This document shows, one piece after another, positions 39,550-49,673 of a stretch of 64,000 nucleotides of DNA. Source of the stretch: Candidatus Bathyarchaeia archaeon (lineage in GTDB: Archaea > Thermoproteota > Bathyarchaeia > 40CM-2-53-6); NCBI GenBank assembly GCA_050013255.1, contig JBEKFP010000002.1, forward strand, positions 192,001 to 256,000. The letters run 5' to 3'. Numbering within the stretch: position 1 is the first letter of the stretch; each line of letters starts with the position of its first letter. The notes beneath the pieces were generated by a model. That model ran no database searches. It saw nothing but the letters and a program-made list of their open reading frames with translations, and was not told the DNA's origin. The translations under genes and the position numbers were made by a program.

Positions 39550-39693
39550 TTAGGTGGCATATTTCGCTGGGTTCTTGTCGAACTCGTTCTTGCAATTTGG
39601 CGAGCAGAAGTGGTAGGTTTTGCTTGAATACGAGCTTGAACCCGCCGCTTTCTTCTCGTCAACGTTCATTCCGCAAACAGGATCCTTAGCCAA
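39550..39693 (-). CDS. TRASH/YHS-domain copper chaperone (47 aa; not in the ORF track)
   Basis: MAKDPVCGMNV...YHFCSPNCKNEFDKNPAKY; GGAGGTGA RBS upstream of TTG. Confidence 0.9.
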   Translation of the reverse strand: MAKDPVCGMNVDEKKAAGSSSYSSKTYHFCSPNCKNEFDKNPAKYAT

Positions 39694-39709
39694 TTCGACC
39701 TCACCTCCA

Positions 39710-41788
39710 TCATGGTTTGAACCGGTTTAGTAGAAGGGCGTTGCTGACGACGGTAACTGAACTTGAAGCCATCGCTCCAGCAGCTAGGAATGGAAGGAAA
39801 TTGTACACGCCAGGTCCGAGGAATGGCACGAGTGCACCTGCCGCGATGGGGATGAGTGCAACGTTGTAGCAGAATGCCCAGAACAGGTTCTGCTTGATTT
39901 TGCGGACGGTTGCCTTACTGAGTTTGATGGCGGTTACCACGTCTCGTAGGCTGTTCCTGATCAGAACAATACCGCCTGTCTCGACCGCGACGTCTGTTCC
40001 GCTTCCGATGGCAATTCCAATGTTGGCCGCGGCAAGAGCTGGGGCATCATTAATTCCGTCTCCAACCATACCCACAATCTTACCTTCTTTTTGCAAGTCT
40101 CTGATGATCTTCTCCTTCTGCTCTGGCAGAACGTCTGCCACAACCCTGTCTATGCCCAATTTATCAGCGACGGCTTTGGCCGTTCGGACGTTGTCACCTG
40201 TCAACATTACGACTTCAATCTTCATTCGCTGCAATTCTCGGACCGTGTCTAAAGAGTCATCTTTGAGGGTGTCTGCGAGGCCGATGACACCGAGGAGCTC
40301 CTTGCCGTCTGATAGAACCATGACCGTTTTACCTTCTTGCTCAAGCGCAGATAGGTCTGCTTCGACTGGAGCGAGGTTCATGTCGAATTTTGCCATCAGC
40401 TTTCTGTTTCCCAGCAATATGGTTCTGCCATTGTGCTCTGCAACAACGCCCGCGCCTGGTACAGCTTTGAATGAGGTCGCGTCAGGTATGCTTATCCCCT
40501 TTTTCTCAACAGCTTCTATGACCGCTCGGCCGAGGGGATGCTCTGAGCCTTTCTCGGCTGAAGCGGCCAGCTGAAGTACTTCTTGTTCCGTGTGCGTTCC
40601 ACTGACTATGACATCCGTTACCGACGGTTTGCCCTTGGTCAGAGTGCCGGTCTTGTCAAAGACAATGGTCTGCAGCTTGTGTGCTGTCTCTAAGTATTCG
40701 CCGCCTTTGATGAGAATCCCATTCTGAGCGCCTTTGGCTGTTCCGACAAGAATGGCGGCTGGAGTAGCGATGCCAAGTGCACACGGGCATGCGATGACGA
40801 TTACTGAGACAAACGCCAATAAAGCGAAGTTGAGCGCCAATCCACCGAAGAAATACCAACCTAGCGCCGCCCCTGTGGCGATTAAGATAACTGCAGGCAC
40901 GAAGTACGCTGAGACCTGGTCGGCAAGGCGTTGAATCGGCGCATGCGCCATCTGGGCTTCTTCGACGAGTTGAACGATCTTTGATAGGACCGTATCTGCT
41001 CCGACCTTCGATGCGCGAACCCTGAGAAGACCCGATGTGTTGATTGTTGCTCCGATTACTTCATCGCCAGCAGTTTTTTCAACGGGGATACTTTCTCCGG
41101 TGATAGCGGATTGGTCAACAGCAGAGTTGCCCTCAGTCACCACTCCATCAACCGGTATCCTTTCCCCGGGGCGGATGACGAGAACATCGCCTACTTTGAC
41201 CGACTCTACTGGAACTTCCTCCTCAGCCCCATTGCGGACTACGTGTGCCATCCTAGGCTGTAGATCTAGGAGTTTGCGAACTGCCTCGGAAGCCCTTCCC
41301 TTACTGATATGCTCCAACAAGTTCCCGAGAAGGACCAGGGTGATGATCACTGCAGCGGTATCGAAGTATGCCCCGCTAGCAGGGATGACTGACGGAAGGA
41401 AAGTGACGACTGTACTGTACGCCCAAGCGGCAGTTGTGCCAATGGCAATTAGAAGGTCCATGTTACCCATTCGGTTTCTTAGAGCGTCGTACGCGCCCCT
41501 GTAGAAGCGCCAGCCCACGATGAACTGTATTGGCGTTTCCAAGATGAAGAGCAGATAATTGTTTACATTAGATGGAAGAAGCATAACGTATGTGAACAAA
41601 CCTGTTGGTACTGTGAGCGCAATGCCAATTATCACCAAGAGCTTGAGACGTCTGATTTCAGCCTCTGGTTTCTCGAATGTCTTGGCGCAGGTTTCGCTGC
41701 AGAAATACCATTTTGTTCCCCGAATTGTTCGGGTAATGGTCGCCGTTTTCTCATCCACAAACATGCCGCAAATCGGGTCCTTGGCCAT
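39710..41788 (-). CDS. copA: Cu(I)-exporting P1B-1 ATPase with N-terminal TRASH/YHS domain
   Basis: DPICGM...[30 protein letters not shown] and MASSS. Confidence 0.95.
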   Translation of the reverse strand: MAKDPICGMFVDEKTATITRTIRGTKWYFCSETCAKTFEKPEAEIRRLKLLVIIGIALTVPTGLFTYVMLLPSNVNNYLLFILETPIQFIVGWRFYRGAYDALRNRMGNMDLLIAIGTTAAWAYSTVVTFLPSVIPASGAYFDTAAVIITLVLLGNLLEHISKGRASEAVRKLLDLQPRMAHVVRNGAEEEVPVESVKVGDVLVIRPGERIPVDGVVTEGNSAVDQSAITGESIPVEKTAGDEVIGATINTSGLLRVRASKVGADTVLSKIVQLVEEAQMAHAPIQRLADQVSAYFVPAVILIATGAALGWYFFGGLALNFALLAFVSVIVIACPCALGIATPAAILVGTAKGAQNGILIKGGEYLETAHKLQTIVFDKTGTLTKGKPSVTDVIVSGTHTEQEVLQLAASAEKGSEHPLGRAVIEAVEKKGISIPDATSFKAVPGAGVVAEHNGRTILLGNRKLMAKFDMNLAPVEADLSALEQEGKTVMVLSDGKELLGVIGLADTLKDDSLDTVRELQRMKIEVVMLTGDNVRTAKAVADKLGIDRVVADVLPEQKEKIIRDLQKEGKIVGMVGDGINDAPALAAANIGIAIGSGTDVAVETGGIVLIRNSLRDVVTAIKLSKATVRKIKQNLFWAFCYNVALIPIAAGALVPFLGPGVYNFLPFLAAGAMASSSVTVVSNALLLNRFKP

Positions 41789-41815
41789 TCTACTTCCTCC
41801 CGCGTTTCGAAAGAC

Positions 41816-42049
41816 TCAAGCTAGGAGGGGCCGCTTGATGACCGCCCTTACCTCTTCGATCGTGATTTTGGTTAGATCATAGTCGACAGTTATTGTGTTA
41901 GCAGCATAATTGAGATCTACATGCTTTATGCCAAGTGTCTTTTTCAGCGTACGCTGAAGGATTTGAGCTGGTGCGTCGCCTTCATAGTTGGATAGTGATA
42001 AGATTGCCCGCTCGATCCGTTTTTGTTCGGTCACTGGAGTTGCCTTCAC
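41816..42049 (-). CDS. HMA-fold-like protein lacking CxxC
   Basis: GIKHVDLNYAANTITVDYD...ITIEEVRAVI matches the HMA pattern; no Cys. Confidence 0.65.
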   Translation of the reverse strand: MKATPVTEQKRIERAILSLSNYEGDAPAQILQRTLKKTLGIKHVDLNYAANTITVDYDLTKITIEEVRAVIKRPLLA

Positions 42050-42053
42050 CGCT

Positions 42054-42938
42054 TTAGTCCCCCTCGATTCTAGCGGGTTCCAGGGGTTTTCGGATGTGAT
42101 TTTTCAGAGCATAGACGCTAGTGAGGATTAGTGCTACGCCAAGAACTCCAACTAACTCTAGTCCAGAGGAATTCGCGAAGTAAGCCGTTAGAAGATGCGC
42201 GAGCTGGGCCTGCAAGACTCCTATTTGCGCAGAGCCGGGTGCTGGAATCATTTGCCCCAGTAGGCCCAATGCAACGGTGACGATTCCCATCGTGACGAAC
42301 ATCAGGCCGGAAATGAGCTTTGATGAGTGTATCGTAACTTCGTGGCCGAATGTATTGAAGTGTAGAAGTCGTCCCTTCAATGGATTTTCTGCGCTAGGCA
42401 CATATCTGTCCCAAGCGAGGCCGATTACGAAGAGTGGAAAGACCATCCCAAGCACGTACGTGAACCCAATTAGCAATCCCTCTAAGATTCCGGCTGATAA
42501 TGCGGATAATACGAGGACTCCAGCTAGTACGGGGGCGCAACATGATGTGGCAGCCCCTGAGAACACACCCAACGTGTATACTGAGAGAACGTCGTTCTTG
42601 TTCAGGTTCACTGGCAATTGAAGTCGGGGGAGCATGCCTTGCCCCCAGAGGGTCCAGAATCCCAATATTATCATTAGGAATCCGCCGATCACGAAGACCA
42701 AACTGTGACTTGCTCTAATCGTCTGTGCGAGGGCGACAACTCCTAGGGCTAGAGGCAACATAATGGTTGCGATTCCGGATGAGAAGACGACGGTCATGCC
42801 AATGAGCCTTGCCTTCTGTTTGAAGCTTTGCGCAAAGTAGGATGGGAGGAGGACGCTGAAACAGCAGGGCATAGCGAGAGCAACTATCCCCGCCACAAAG
42901 GCGATGATCATGTAGGCAAGAAGTAGTAAGGACATCAA
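42054..42938 (-). CDS. CcdA/DsbD-family membrane disulfide reductase
   Basis: PCCFSVLLPSY and TSCCAPVLAG motifs, multi-TM. Confidence 0.85.
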   Translation of the reverse strand: MMSLLLLAYMIIAFVAGIVALAMPCCFSVLLPSYFAQSFKQKARLIGMTVVFSSGIATIMLPLALGVVALAQTIRASHSLVFVIGGFLMIILGFWTLWGQGMLPRLQLPVNLNKNDVLSVYTLGVFSGAATSCCAPVLAGVLVLSALSAGILEGLLIGFTYVLGMVFPLFVIGLAWDRYVPSAENPLKGRLLHFNTFGHEVTIHSSKLISGLMFVTMGIVTVALGLLGQMIPAPGSAQIGVLQAQLAHLLTAYFANSSGLELVGVLGVALILTSVYALKNHIRKPLEPARIEGD

Positions 42939-43201
42939 GTTCCAATCTCGTTTGATTTACGAATTTCCATAACCATTGCGTTGGCATCGATCTTGCCTTT
43001 CGCGATCATGGCGCCGTTGAGGAAGACAGCCGGTGGGTAGAGAATTCCATTTTCCATTGCCAGTTTGGTTCCAACTGGGGACGTGAACTCTACTTCCTCA
43101 ATCGTGAGATTCGGCATATCCGCCTGCAGTTCGCTGAGGATGCGTTTGATGCGTAGGCACGGGGTGCATCCGAGACTTGAAACGAAACGTATCTTTGGCA
43201 T
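42935..43201 (-). CDS. Thioredoxin/glutaredoxin-like protein
   Basis: CTPC; YPPAVFLNG. Confidence 0.8.
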   Translation of the reverse strand: MPKIRFVSSLGCTPCLRIKRILSELQADMPNLTIEEVEFTSPVGTKLAMENGILYPPAVFLNGAMIAKGKIDANAMVMEIRKSNEIGT

Positions 43202-43208
43202 TACGCAA

Positions 43209-43940
43209 TTACGTCCCTAGTGCTTTCGTCACCGCGGCCAAGAGGTCGGTGTTCTGGACATACATGCTGTTGGGTCCGTAGTCCTGTCTCCAGATCACCA
43301 TGCCGGCCTTGTTGATCAGGATGAAGGTGTGCGTCATCATGCTGCCGCCGGTACCAACCGGGTGATACAGGTTGAAGGCCACCTCCCCGGGGTCGGCGAG
43401 CACCTTACCATGCTGCGGGCCACCCGCTCCCATCCAACTGCGCAGCTGGTCAACACTATTCGGAGTCACGCTAACAACCAAAACGTTCATGCGACTAAAC
43501 TGAGCGTTTAATCCGTCAAGGTCATGCATCTGCTGCAGGCAGGGTTGGCAGCTTAGCCCTTCGTTGAACAATAAGAGGACGTTAGACTTTCCCTGATAAT
43601 CAGATAACGTGAATGTCCCCCCTGCTACGTCTTGAAGGGTAAAGTTCGGAGCAGTTGACCCAACACCAAGAATTGACCCGCCCGCTTCTCTTGGCGTAAG
43701 CGCAACATATCCGATGACGCCCGCGGCGATAATTAGAATGAGAAGGAATACTGCCAGCTTGGTCTTCGAAGGGCCCTGTGCGTAGTGAACCGTAGCCTTG
43801 TATGTGTCCAGTTCCTTCTCGGCTGCTAGCTGCCTCTCCAGCTCATGTGGCCTTTGCGCGTTGTGATGCTTTGTGTCGAAATGTTGCGAGAGTGCAGCAT
43901 AAGACACGAATTTTCTATGGCAACGTTCACATTCAACCAA
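43209..43940 (-). CDS. C2H2 zinc finger + TM + AhpC/TSA redoxin domain protein
   Basis: CERC...HFDTKH; TM; APNFTL, CQPC, TFILINKAG. Confidence 0.8.
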   Translation of the reverse strand: MVECERCHRKFVSYAALSQHFDTKHHNAQRPHELERQLAAEKELDTYKATVHYAQGPSKTKLAVFLLILIIAAGVIGYVALTPREAGGSILGVGSTAPNFTLQDVAGGTFTLSDYQGKSNVLLLFNEGLSCQPCLQQMHDLDGLNAQFSRMNVLVVSVTPNSVDQLRSWMGAGGPQHGKVLADPGEVAFNLYHPVGTGGSMMTHTFILINKAGMVIWRQDYGPNSMYVQNTDLLAAVTKALGT

Positions 43941-44262
43941 CGTAGTTTGCTCCAGTTGGAGCTGATACGATTAGGGAGTTGTCTTAAACGGAGCGTCCAC
44001 AGTGAAATACAGAGTCTTGCTTATTTTCAGTTTCATTTTCCGTTTTCATTTTTTCTGGGGGATGGATCTTCGGTTTGATTTCACTGCAACCTAGGAACCA
44101 TCAAAAAATTGGAAGTTGACTCTCTGAACCGCTTCGGCCTGACACATTTTTCGAGGAACGCAACGTAACGCGGGGAGTAGTCGCATTGTAAATAATGTAA
44201 GGAAAACATGTACACGGGGCTTAAGTGAGGTTCTCAGTCATTACTACACGGAATTAAGAGCC

Positions 44263-44940
44263 ATGCAAAACAGAAGGGACATGGAATCGTCCAGAACTAA
44301 TCCTGTTTCACTTAGAGGTTGTGAGCTTATCATCATCATCCTAACCGCTGGTCTCGTTGGAGTTCTCTCGATTTATGTTGGTACGCATTACGCGACGGTC
44401 CCTGCCACTAATACGATTTCGCAGCAATCCGGTCCATTCAGGCTAACGCTCATGGAGATCATGGACACTGGTTGGAACTCCTCGATGGCCGCGCCTCAGT
44501 TCTCCATATTCGGGGTGAATGGGTTGGAGCCGGCGGGTAACATTCGTCTTCCCGTCCACACATTGATCCAGCTTACGATAATCTCCTACGATACGCCTAC
44601 CCCGGCCAGTACAGGCGAGCAGGGCAAAGTAACTGGAACGGTGGGGGGCACAGTTTACCTTGTCAACGGTACGACCGCTATGGGAACGAGCGTACCGCAA
44701 TCGTGGGGTCAAAATGTTACTTCAGTGTCCGGAAACATGCTTGCGCACACATTCACGATTCAGCAATTTGGAATCAATATTCCTGTGGTGGGGGGCGACA
44801 CGGAGGTAGCTTACCTATACCTCAACCAGACGGGCACGTTTCAGTGGATCTGCTTAACTCCTTGCGGCTTTGGCCCCACGGGAATGGGAGGGGCCATGTC
44901 AGCGTCGGGATGGATGGAGGGGCAGATCACAGTATACTGA
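44263..44940 (+). CDS. Membrane-anchored cupredoxin-like protein with variant Cu motif
   Basis: N-terminal TM; HTF...GTFQWICLTPCG...GGAM...GWMEGQITV. Confidence 0.65.
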   Translation: MQNRRDMESSRTNPVSLRGCELIIIILTAGLVGVLSIYVGTHYATVPATNTISQQSGPFRLTLMEIMDTGWNSSMAAPQFSIFGVNGLEPAGNIRLPVHTLIQLTIISYDTPTPASTGEQGKVTGTVGGTVYLVNGTTAMGTSVPQSWGQNVTSVSGNMLAHTFTIQQFGINIPVVGGDTEVAYLYLNQTGTFQWICLTPCGFGPTGMGGAMSASGWMEGQITVY

Positions 44941-44989
44941 ACGCTTGACGATGCAACACTTTGTGTTTCAGTGTAGACACTTCCTTTAA

Positions 44990-45775
44990 TTGCATCACGG
45001 CGAGCTCTCTGATGAAATGGCGTGGATTAAGATGAAGAACACGAATGCATTCGCTATCGTACTTCTGGCAGTCGGTCTTGGGAGTCTGGTGCTGGGGTTG
45101 GGTTACTCAGCGTATACGGCTACGTCATACTTGCGGTCCACGAATTGGATTAGCCGAAACGGGAACCAGTACATGATGGGACAGTGGCAGCAATGGTCTC
45201 AGCAACCTCAATCCTCCTCTAACACCGTTATCACGCTAGATCAGGCCAAGCAGATTGCACAGCAATATCTGACTGCAACAGGGAACTCCAACTTGGCGAT
45301 TAAGGAGATCATGGAGTTCCAAAACAACTTCTACATCATCGTCTACGAGAAAGACACTGGCCGAGGGGCCTTCGAGATGCTCATTTGGAAACAAGTTCCG
45401 ACTTCAGGTATGATGGGCGGAGGAATGATGAACGCACGAATTACGACTGGTATCATCATGCCTGAACCAGGTCCAAACATGATGTGGAACACGAAATACA
45501 GCTACATGGGCTCTGGGATGATGGGAACTAGAAACCAAGCGTCCTCAACCGTCACAGTTTCCGAAAGCCAAGCCCAGCAAATCGCCCAGGCGTACCTTAA
45601 CGCGAACTTTCAGAACGCCAAGACTGAGATGGCTACTCAGTTCTACGGCTACTACACCTTTGACTTCACAGTGGACGGGAAGATTGCTGGAATGCTAAGC
45701 GTAAACGGAAATACCGGTCAAGTTTGGTATCACTCTTGGCATGGCGACTTCATCCAAGAGGTCGAATTTGATTAA
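44990..45775 (+). CDS. Exported Met/Gly-rich protein with PepSY-like repeats
   Basis: Two QAxQIAQxYL repeats, GMMGGGMM, VNGNTGQVWYHSWHG. Confidence 0.65.
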   Translation: MHHGELSDEMAWIKMKNTNAFAIVLLAVGLGSLVLGLGYSAYTATSYLRSTNWISRNGNQYMMGQWQQWSQQPQSSSNTVITLDQAKQIAQQYLTATGNSNLAIKEIMEFQNNFYIIVYEKDTGRGAFEMLIWKQVPTSGMMGGGMMNARITTGIIMPEPGPNMMWNTKYSYMGSGMMGTRNQASSTVTVSESQAQQIAQAYLNANFQNAKTEMATQFYGYYTFDFTVDGKIAGMLSVNGNTGQVWYHSWHGDFIQEVEFD

Positions 45776-45798
45776 GCATGTGGAGGTGAAATCGCAAA

Positions 45799-46227
45799 AT
45801 GACAGAAGTGGAGAAGCCAGGCACCGCATTTGTTCTCTCGTTGATCGGCGGCATCTTCATCCTCTTAGGCGGAGGTGCGATGACTATGCTTGGTTCGTGG
45901 ATGGGAAATTACGGTTACGGGATGATGGGCGGCTATGGTGGATGGGGCGGTAGGATGGGACCGGGTTTCGGAATGATGGGAGGTCTTGGCTACGGCTTCG
46001 GTTTCCTTGGGGTACTGGGCCTGATTTTCGGACTCATAGTAATCATCAGCGCTCTTATGTTGAACAACAAACCTGAACAACACTCGACCTGGGGCACATT
46101 GATCATTGTCTTCTCGGTGCTGAGCATCTTCGGGAGCGCAATGGGCGGCTTCGGAATAGGACTGATTCTCGGCCTTATCGGCGGAATACTGGGAGTAACT
46201 TGGAAGCCACCGCAGTCCAAGGCATAG
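45799..46227 (+). CDS. Gly/Met-rich membrane protein
   Basis: KPGTAFVLSLIGG, GMMGG repeats, 3-4 TM; GGAGGTGA RBS. Confidence 0.7.
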   Translation: MTEVEKPGTAFVLSLIGGIFILLGGGAMTMLGSWMGNYGYGMMGGYGGWGGRMGPGFGMMGGLGYGFGFLGVLGLIFGLIVIISALMLNNKPEQHSTWGTLIIVFSVLSIFGSAMGGFGIGLILGLIGGILGVTWKPPQSKA

Positions 46228-46246
46228 CCAGTTTCGTCCTGCGGGC

Positions 46247-46786
46247 CTACATGTTGGGGATCGTCACGGACACCGATCTGTCGCTCATCTCTATTTTCGG
46301 TGTTACTCCTATCAATCCGAACATTGCGGTCAGGTAGTGTACCAAGAAAATTGACCAGTTGAGGCCAAAATCATGGATTAGGGATACGTTTTGTCCTTGT
46401 GAGTCGACCGTTTCGCTCATCTCGCAGAGGTGAGCATAGGTAGCAAGATAACGCATATGGTCAAGCAGGGCTTTCATGTCAACCCGCCCGCTCTTGGCCG
46501 TAGCCAACGCCTGCGGGACTCCACTGCCGGACGCCTTGGCTACTTCAATCACCCTTTCCGTGTCGAGAGATGAGAGTAGGCCGCGGAACGTGGAGCTGCT
46601 CAATTTTACAGTGTTTATCTTGCGAGCGAATCGGTCGTAGTCAGCGTACTGCTTGAAAATCTGATTGACAAGAGTGTTCAGGCTTACGTTTTGTGTTTCC
46701 GCATCTTTTTCTATGGCTTGAAGTGCCGCTTCGTCGACTCTGAAGGATTTCGGGACTGTCCTGGTCTTGCCAGCTTTGGGTGGCAT
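46247..46786 (-). CDS. Ribbon-helix-helix-containing hypothetical regulator
   Basis: KSFRVD...NVSLNTLVNQIF N-terminal RHH; IHDFGLNWSIF. Confidence 0.65.
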   Translation of the reverse strand: MPPKAGKTRTVPKSFRVDEAALQAIEKDAETQNVSLNTLVNQIFKQYADYDRFARKINTVKLSSSTFRGLLSSLDTERVIEVAKASGSGVPQALATAKSGRVDMKALLDHMRYLATYAHLCEMSETVDSQGQNVSLIHDFGLNWSIFLVHYLTAMFGLIGVTPKIEMSDRSVSVTIPNM

Positions 46787-46957
46787 GGACGTTCACATGA
46801 CGACAAAAGTTCTTTGGAATGTTAAGCTTGTGGCCCAACCTCGAGGACTAATCAGTTGCCAGCGAAAGGCCTGACAGTTTCGGTAATTCGTGGAATCGCG
46901 CGTTGGCAACAAGCTTACATACATTCAATTATCACAATATAGCACGAGGATGATTGT

Positions 46958-47098
46958 ATGGCAGTCGACCCAGTTTGTAAGATGAACGTCCAGGAATCCC
47001 AAGCGAAGTACACCAGTTCACAGAACGACAAGAAATACTATTTCTGCTCAGCTGCCTGCAAATCAGAGTTCGACCGAAACCCAACAAAATACATCTAA
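46958..47098 (+). CDS. TRASH/YHS-domain protein (46 aa; not in the ORF track)
   Basis: MAVDPVCKMNV...YYFCSAACKSEFDRNPTKYI. Confidence 0.9.
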   Translation: MAVDPVCKMNVQESQAKYTSSQNDKKYYFCSAACKSEFDRNPTKYI

Positions 47099-47392
47099 AA
47101 GACCTCACTGGCAGTATTCATTTTCGTACGATATGCTATTTTTCAGTTACAAAATACGCAAAACTCCGCAATTCACTGTGTACGCTCTGCTTAAGACGAA
47201 AGATTTCTGGAATGTTGAGCGTCAATGGTAGCGCTGGGCAGATCTGGGACCATTCTTGGCACGTTGACTTTCTCGAAAGTGTATCTCTGCGTCCTATTTC
47301 CCTTTGAACCATGTGATTTGTGTGGCCTATGGGTATCTCTTAAATCGACTATCCACAAACAATGCGGTGCGAAGACTTGAGTCAGGATTCGC

Positions 47393-48586
47393 ATGTATGA
47401 CCTTATCGTGGTGGGGGCCGGTCCGGCGGGAGCGTCGGCCGCGAGAGCTGCAGCCCAGCTGGGATTGAAAACCCTCTTACTCGAAAAGGAAAAGCTACCG
47501 CGAAGCAAGCTCTGTGGCGGAGGCGTAACGCCCAAGGTTCTCAAGCTATTCGACTTCAACCTGCCTAATGATCTCGTGGAATGCGCCCCCAAATCGACTA
47601 GGATACACGTGGGCGAGAACTGCTTCAAATTCGAGACAGACCGCACACTGGTATACATGACCTCTCGCATTCGATTCGATGCTTTCCTAACGGAGAAAGC
47701 TGTGGAAGCAGGCGCTGAGCTCAGGGACGGAACCTGCGTGAATCGAATTGAAAATGCGGGCACCCACGTGCAAGTGAAGACCGCGAACTCCGGGTTTCAA
47801 TCCAAGATGATAATCGGCGCCGATGGGATGGGCGGTCCAACAGCGAGTTACGGCGGTTTCTACGACCGGTGGAAACCCTACGAAGTCGCGTATGCCATCG
47901 AGAGTGAGGTTCCTGTTGGGGAGAGGGGCGTACAGGATTTCGTTGGCTCAGAATCCTACTTCGACATATACTTTGGCGTGTCCTCCGCCGGGTACGGCTG
48001 GGTTTTCCCAAAGGACGACCACCTTACAGTGGGAGTGGGTTGCCGTTTGAGCAAACTCCGCGACGCCCACGCGTTGTTCAACGGGTTTGTAAAACAAGTC
48101 CCTCAGCTTACGGGGCGAGAAATCCCAAAGCCGCAGGCTCACTTGATTCCGCTTGGAGGTGTGGCGAAGGTCCCATCGGCTACTGACGGAATTTTGCTTG
48201 CCGGAGATTCTGCGGGTTTCGCCGAACCCCTACTTGGCGAGGGAATTTACTTCTCGATCTTGGGTGCACAAATTGCCGCACAAACGGCCGCCGAAGCATG
48301 CCAGAACAACCGGTTCGACAAAGATTTTCTCAACCGCTACGAGCAACGATGCAGAAAAGCCTTCGGAACTGATTTTGATGTTGCCTATCGTGTAGCTTGT
48401 TTCAGCTACCTGGAACAATATGATATGGACCGAGTGGCCAAGTTCTTTTTCTCCGAGAGGAAGGTGCAGGAGTGCATGGTAGGATTAATGGACGGGTCGT
48501 TACGATATCGGGATGTGGAACTGAAGTTGGCGTGGCCTTACTTCAAATACCGCCTCGCCAAGTTGGGGCTACCCTTCTCCTCCTGA
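47393..48586 (+). CDS. Geranylgeranyl reductase family FAD oxidoreductase
   Basis: GAGPAG, KLCGGG, YGWVFPK, GDSAGFAEPLLGEGI. Confidence 0.9.
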   Translation: MYDLIVVGAGPAGASAARAAAQLGLKTLLLEKEKLPRSKLCGGGVTPKVLKLFDFNLPNDLVECAPKSTRIHVGENCFKFETDRTLVYMTSRIRFDAFLTEKAVEAGAELRDGTCVNRIENAGTHVQVKTANSGFQSKMIIGADGMGGPTASYGGFYDRWKPYEVAYAIESEVPVGERGVQDFVGSESYFDIYFGVSSAGYGWVFPKDDHLTVGVGCRLSKLRDAHALFNGFVKQVPQLTGREIPKPQAHLIPLGGVAKVPSATDGILLAGDSAGFAEPLLGEGIYFSILGAQIAAQTAAEACQNNRFDKDFLNRYEQRCRKAFGTDFDVAYRVACFSYLEQYDMDRVAKFFFSERKVQECMVGLMDGSLRYRDVELKLAWPYFKYRLAKLGLPFSS

Positions 48587-48638
48587 AGCAGCCCATATAC
48601 TGAAAACCCGCGGTCACTACCATGGGTATGAGTGCAGA

Positions 48639-49673
48639 ATGAAAGCAAGTTTCGATCGAAACGAGTTTTACAGTCGACAAATAGTGCTAAGCGAGCTGGG
48701 TGTAAGCGGCCAAAAGAAACTCAGGGACTCAAAAGTCGCCGTCGTAGGTTTGGGCGGCCTAGGAAGTGTTTCAGCACTTTACCTTGCCTTAGCCGGCCTC
48801 GGTAGACTGACACTTGTGGACCAGGACACCGTTGAAATGAACAATTTACACCGACAGGTCCTGTATTCTCTCGAAGACATCAGGTACCCCAAGGTCGAAG
48901 CAGCCGCACGAAGGATTAACATGATCAACCCGGAAGTTGAAGTCAACCCCGTCCCAGAGAATTTGGAAGCCGAGAATGTTTCAGCAATTTTGGAGGGAGC
49001 GGATTGCGTAGTCGATGGGCTTGACAACATGCAGACAAGGTACACAATCAACCAATATTGCGTAGAGAGGAAGATACCATTCGTTTTTGGTGGCGCAATC
49101 GGAATGGAAGGAAACGTAGCGTTACTCAAGAGCCCCGAAACCCCCTGCCTCCAATGCGTCTTACCAGGCTTGAAAGACGTAGACCTTCCAACCTGCGATA
49201 CTCGCGGGGTCCTGGGCGCGACAACGGGGATTGTCGGCGCCATTCAAGCGTTGGAGGCTATCAAAGCCCTTGCGGGAATTGAACCACAATCCAAAGGCAA
49301 ATTGTTGATCTTCGACTTCGCACAGTCAGAATATAGAACGGTGAACCTGAGCATCCGACCAGATTGTGAAATCTGCCAAGTAAAACCAACCAGTACCGCT
49401 ACCTACGCACGTCGGCTCGCGTGGCTGTGCGGGTCTGATACTGCCAATGTCAACCCGGAGAAACCTCTTTCGCTCGATTTAGAAAAACTGACCCGAACCG
49501 TTAGTCGAAACTACAAAGTGCTTTTGGCGACCTCGATGGTTATTGTCTTCGACTTCAATGGACATGAAATAAGCCTATTTAGGAAAGGACGAATGCTCAT
49601 CAAGAACGTCCGAGATGAGAGAGAGGCCATTTCAGTTTCGAGTGAAGTTACCAAGTTTCTTGATGCGGGTTGA
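48639..49673 (+). CDS. ThiF/MoeB (E1-like) adenylyltransferase with C-terminal extension
   Basis: YSRQI, GLGGLG, NLHRQ, CLQC, TCDTRGVLG, CEIC. Confidence 0.9.
   Translation: MKASFDRNEFYSRQIVLSELGVSGQKKLRDSKVAVVGLGGLGSVSALYLALAGLGRLTLVDQDTVEMNNLHRQVLYSLEDIRYPKVEAAARRINMINPEVEVNPVPENLEAENVSAILEGADCVVDGLDNMQTRYTINQYCVERKIPFVFGGAIGMEGNVALLKSPETPCLQCVLPGLKDVDLPTCDTRGVLGATTGIVGAIQALEAIKALAGIEPQSKGKLLIFDFAQSEYRTVNLSIRPDCEICQVKPTSTATYARRLAWLCGSDTANVNPEKPLSLDLEKLTRTVSRNYKVLLATSMVIVFDFNGHEISLFRKGRMLIKNVRDEREAISVSSEVTKFLDAG

Noticed and set aside
39444-39662. 72-aa track ORF downstream of copA
   Set aside because: Wrong frame; the real gene is the 47-aa TRASH/YHS protein at 39550-39693 with a strong RBS
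39894-41882. Long antisense ORFs (226, 155, 107 aa) opposite copA, and similar ones opposite other core genes
   Set aside because: Antisense shadows of well-supported genes with no motifs of their own
42054-42938. CcdA as evidence of cytochrome c maturation
   Set aside because: No CxxCH proteins or ccm/ccs genes in the window; context points to copper/thiol redox
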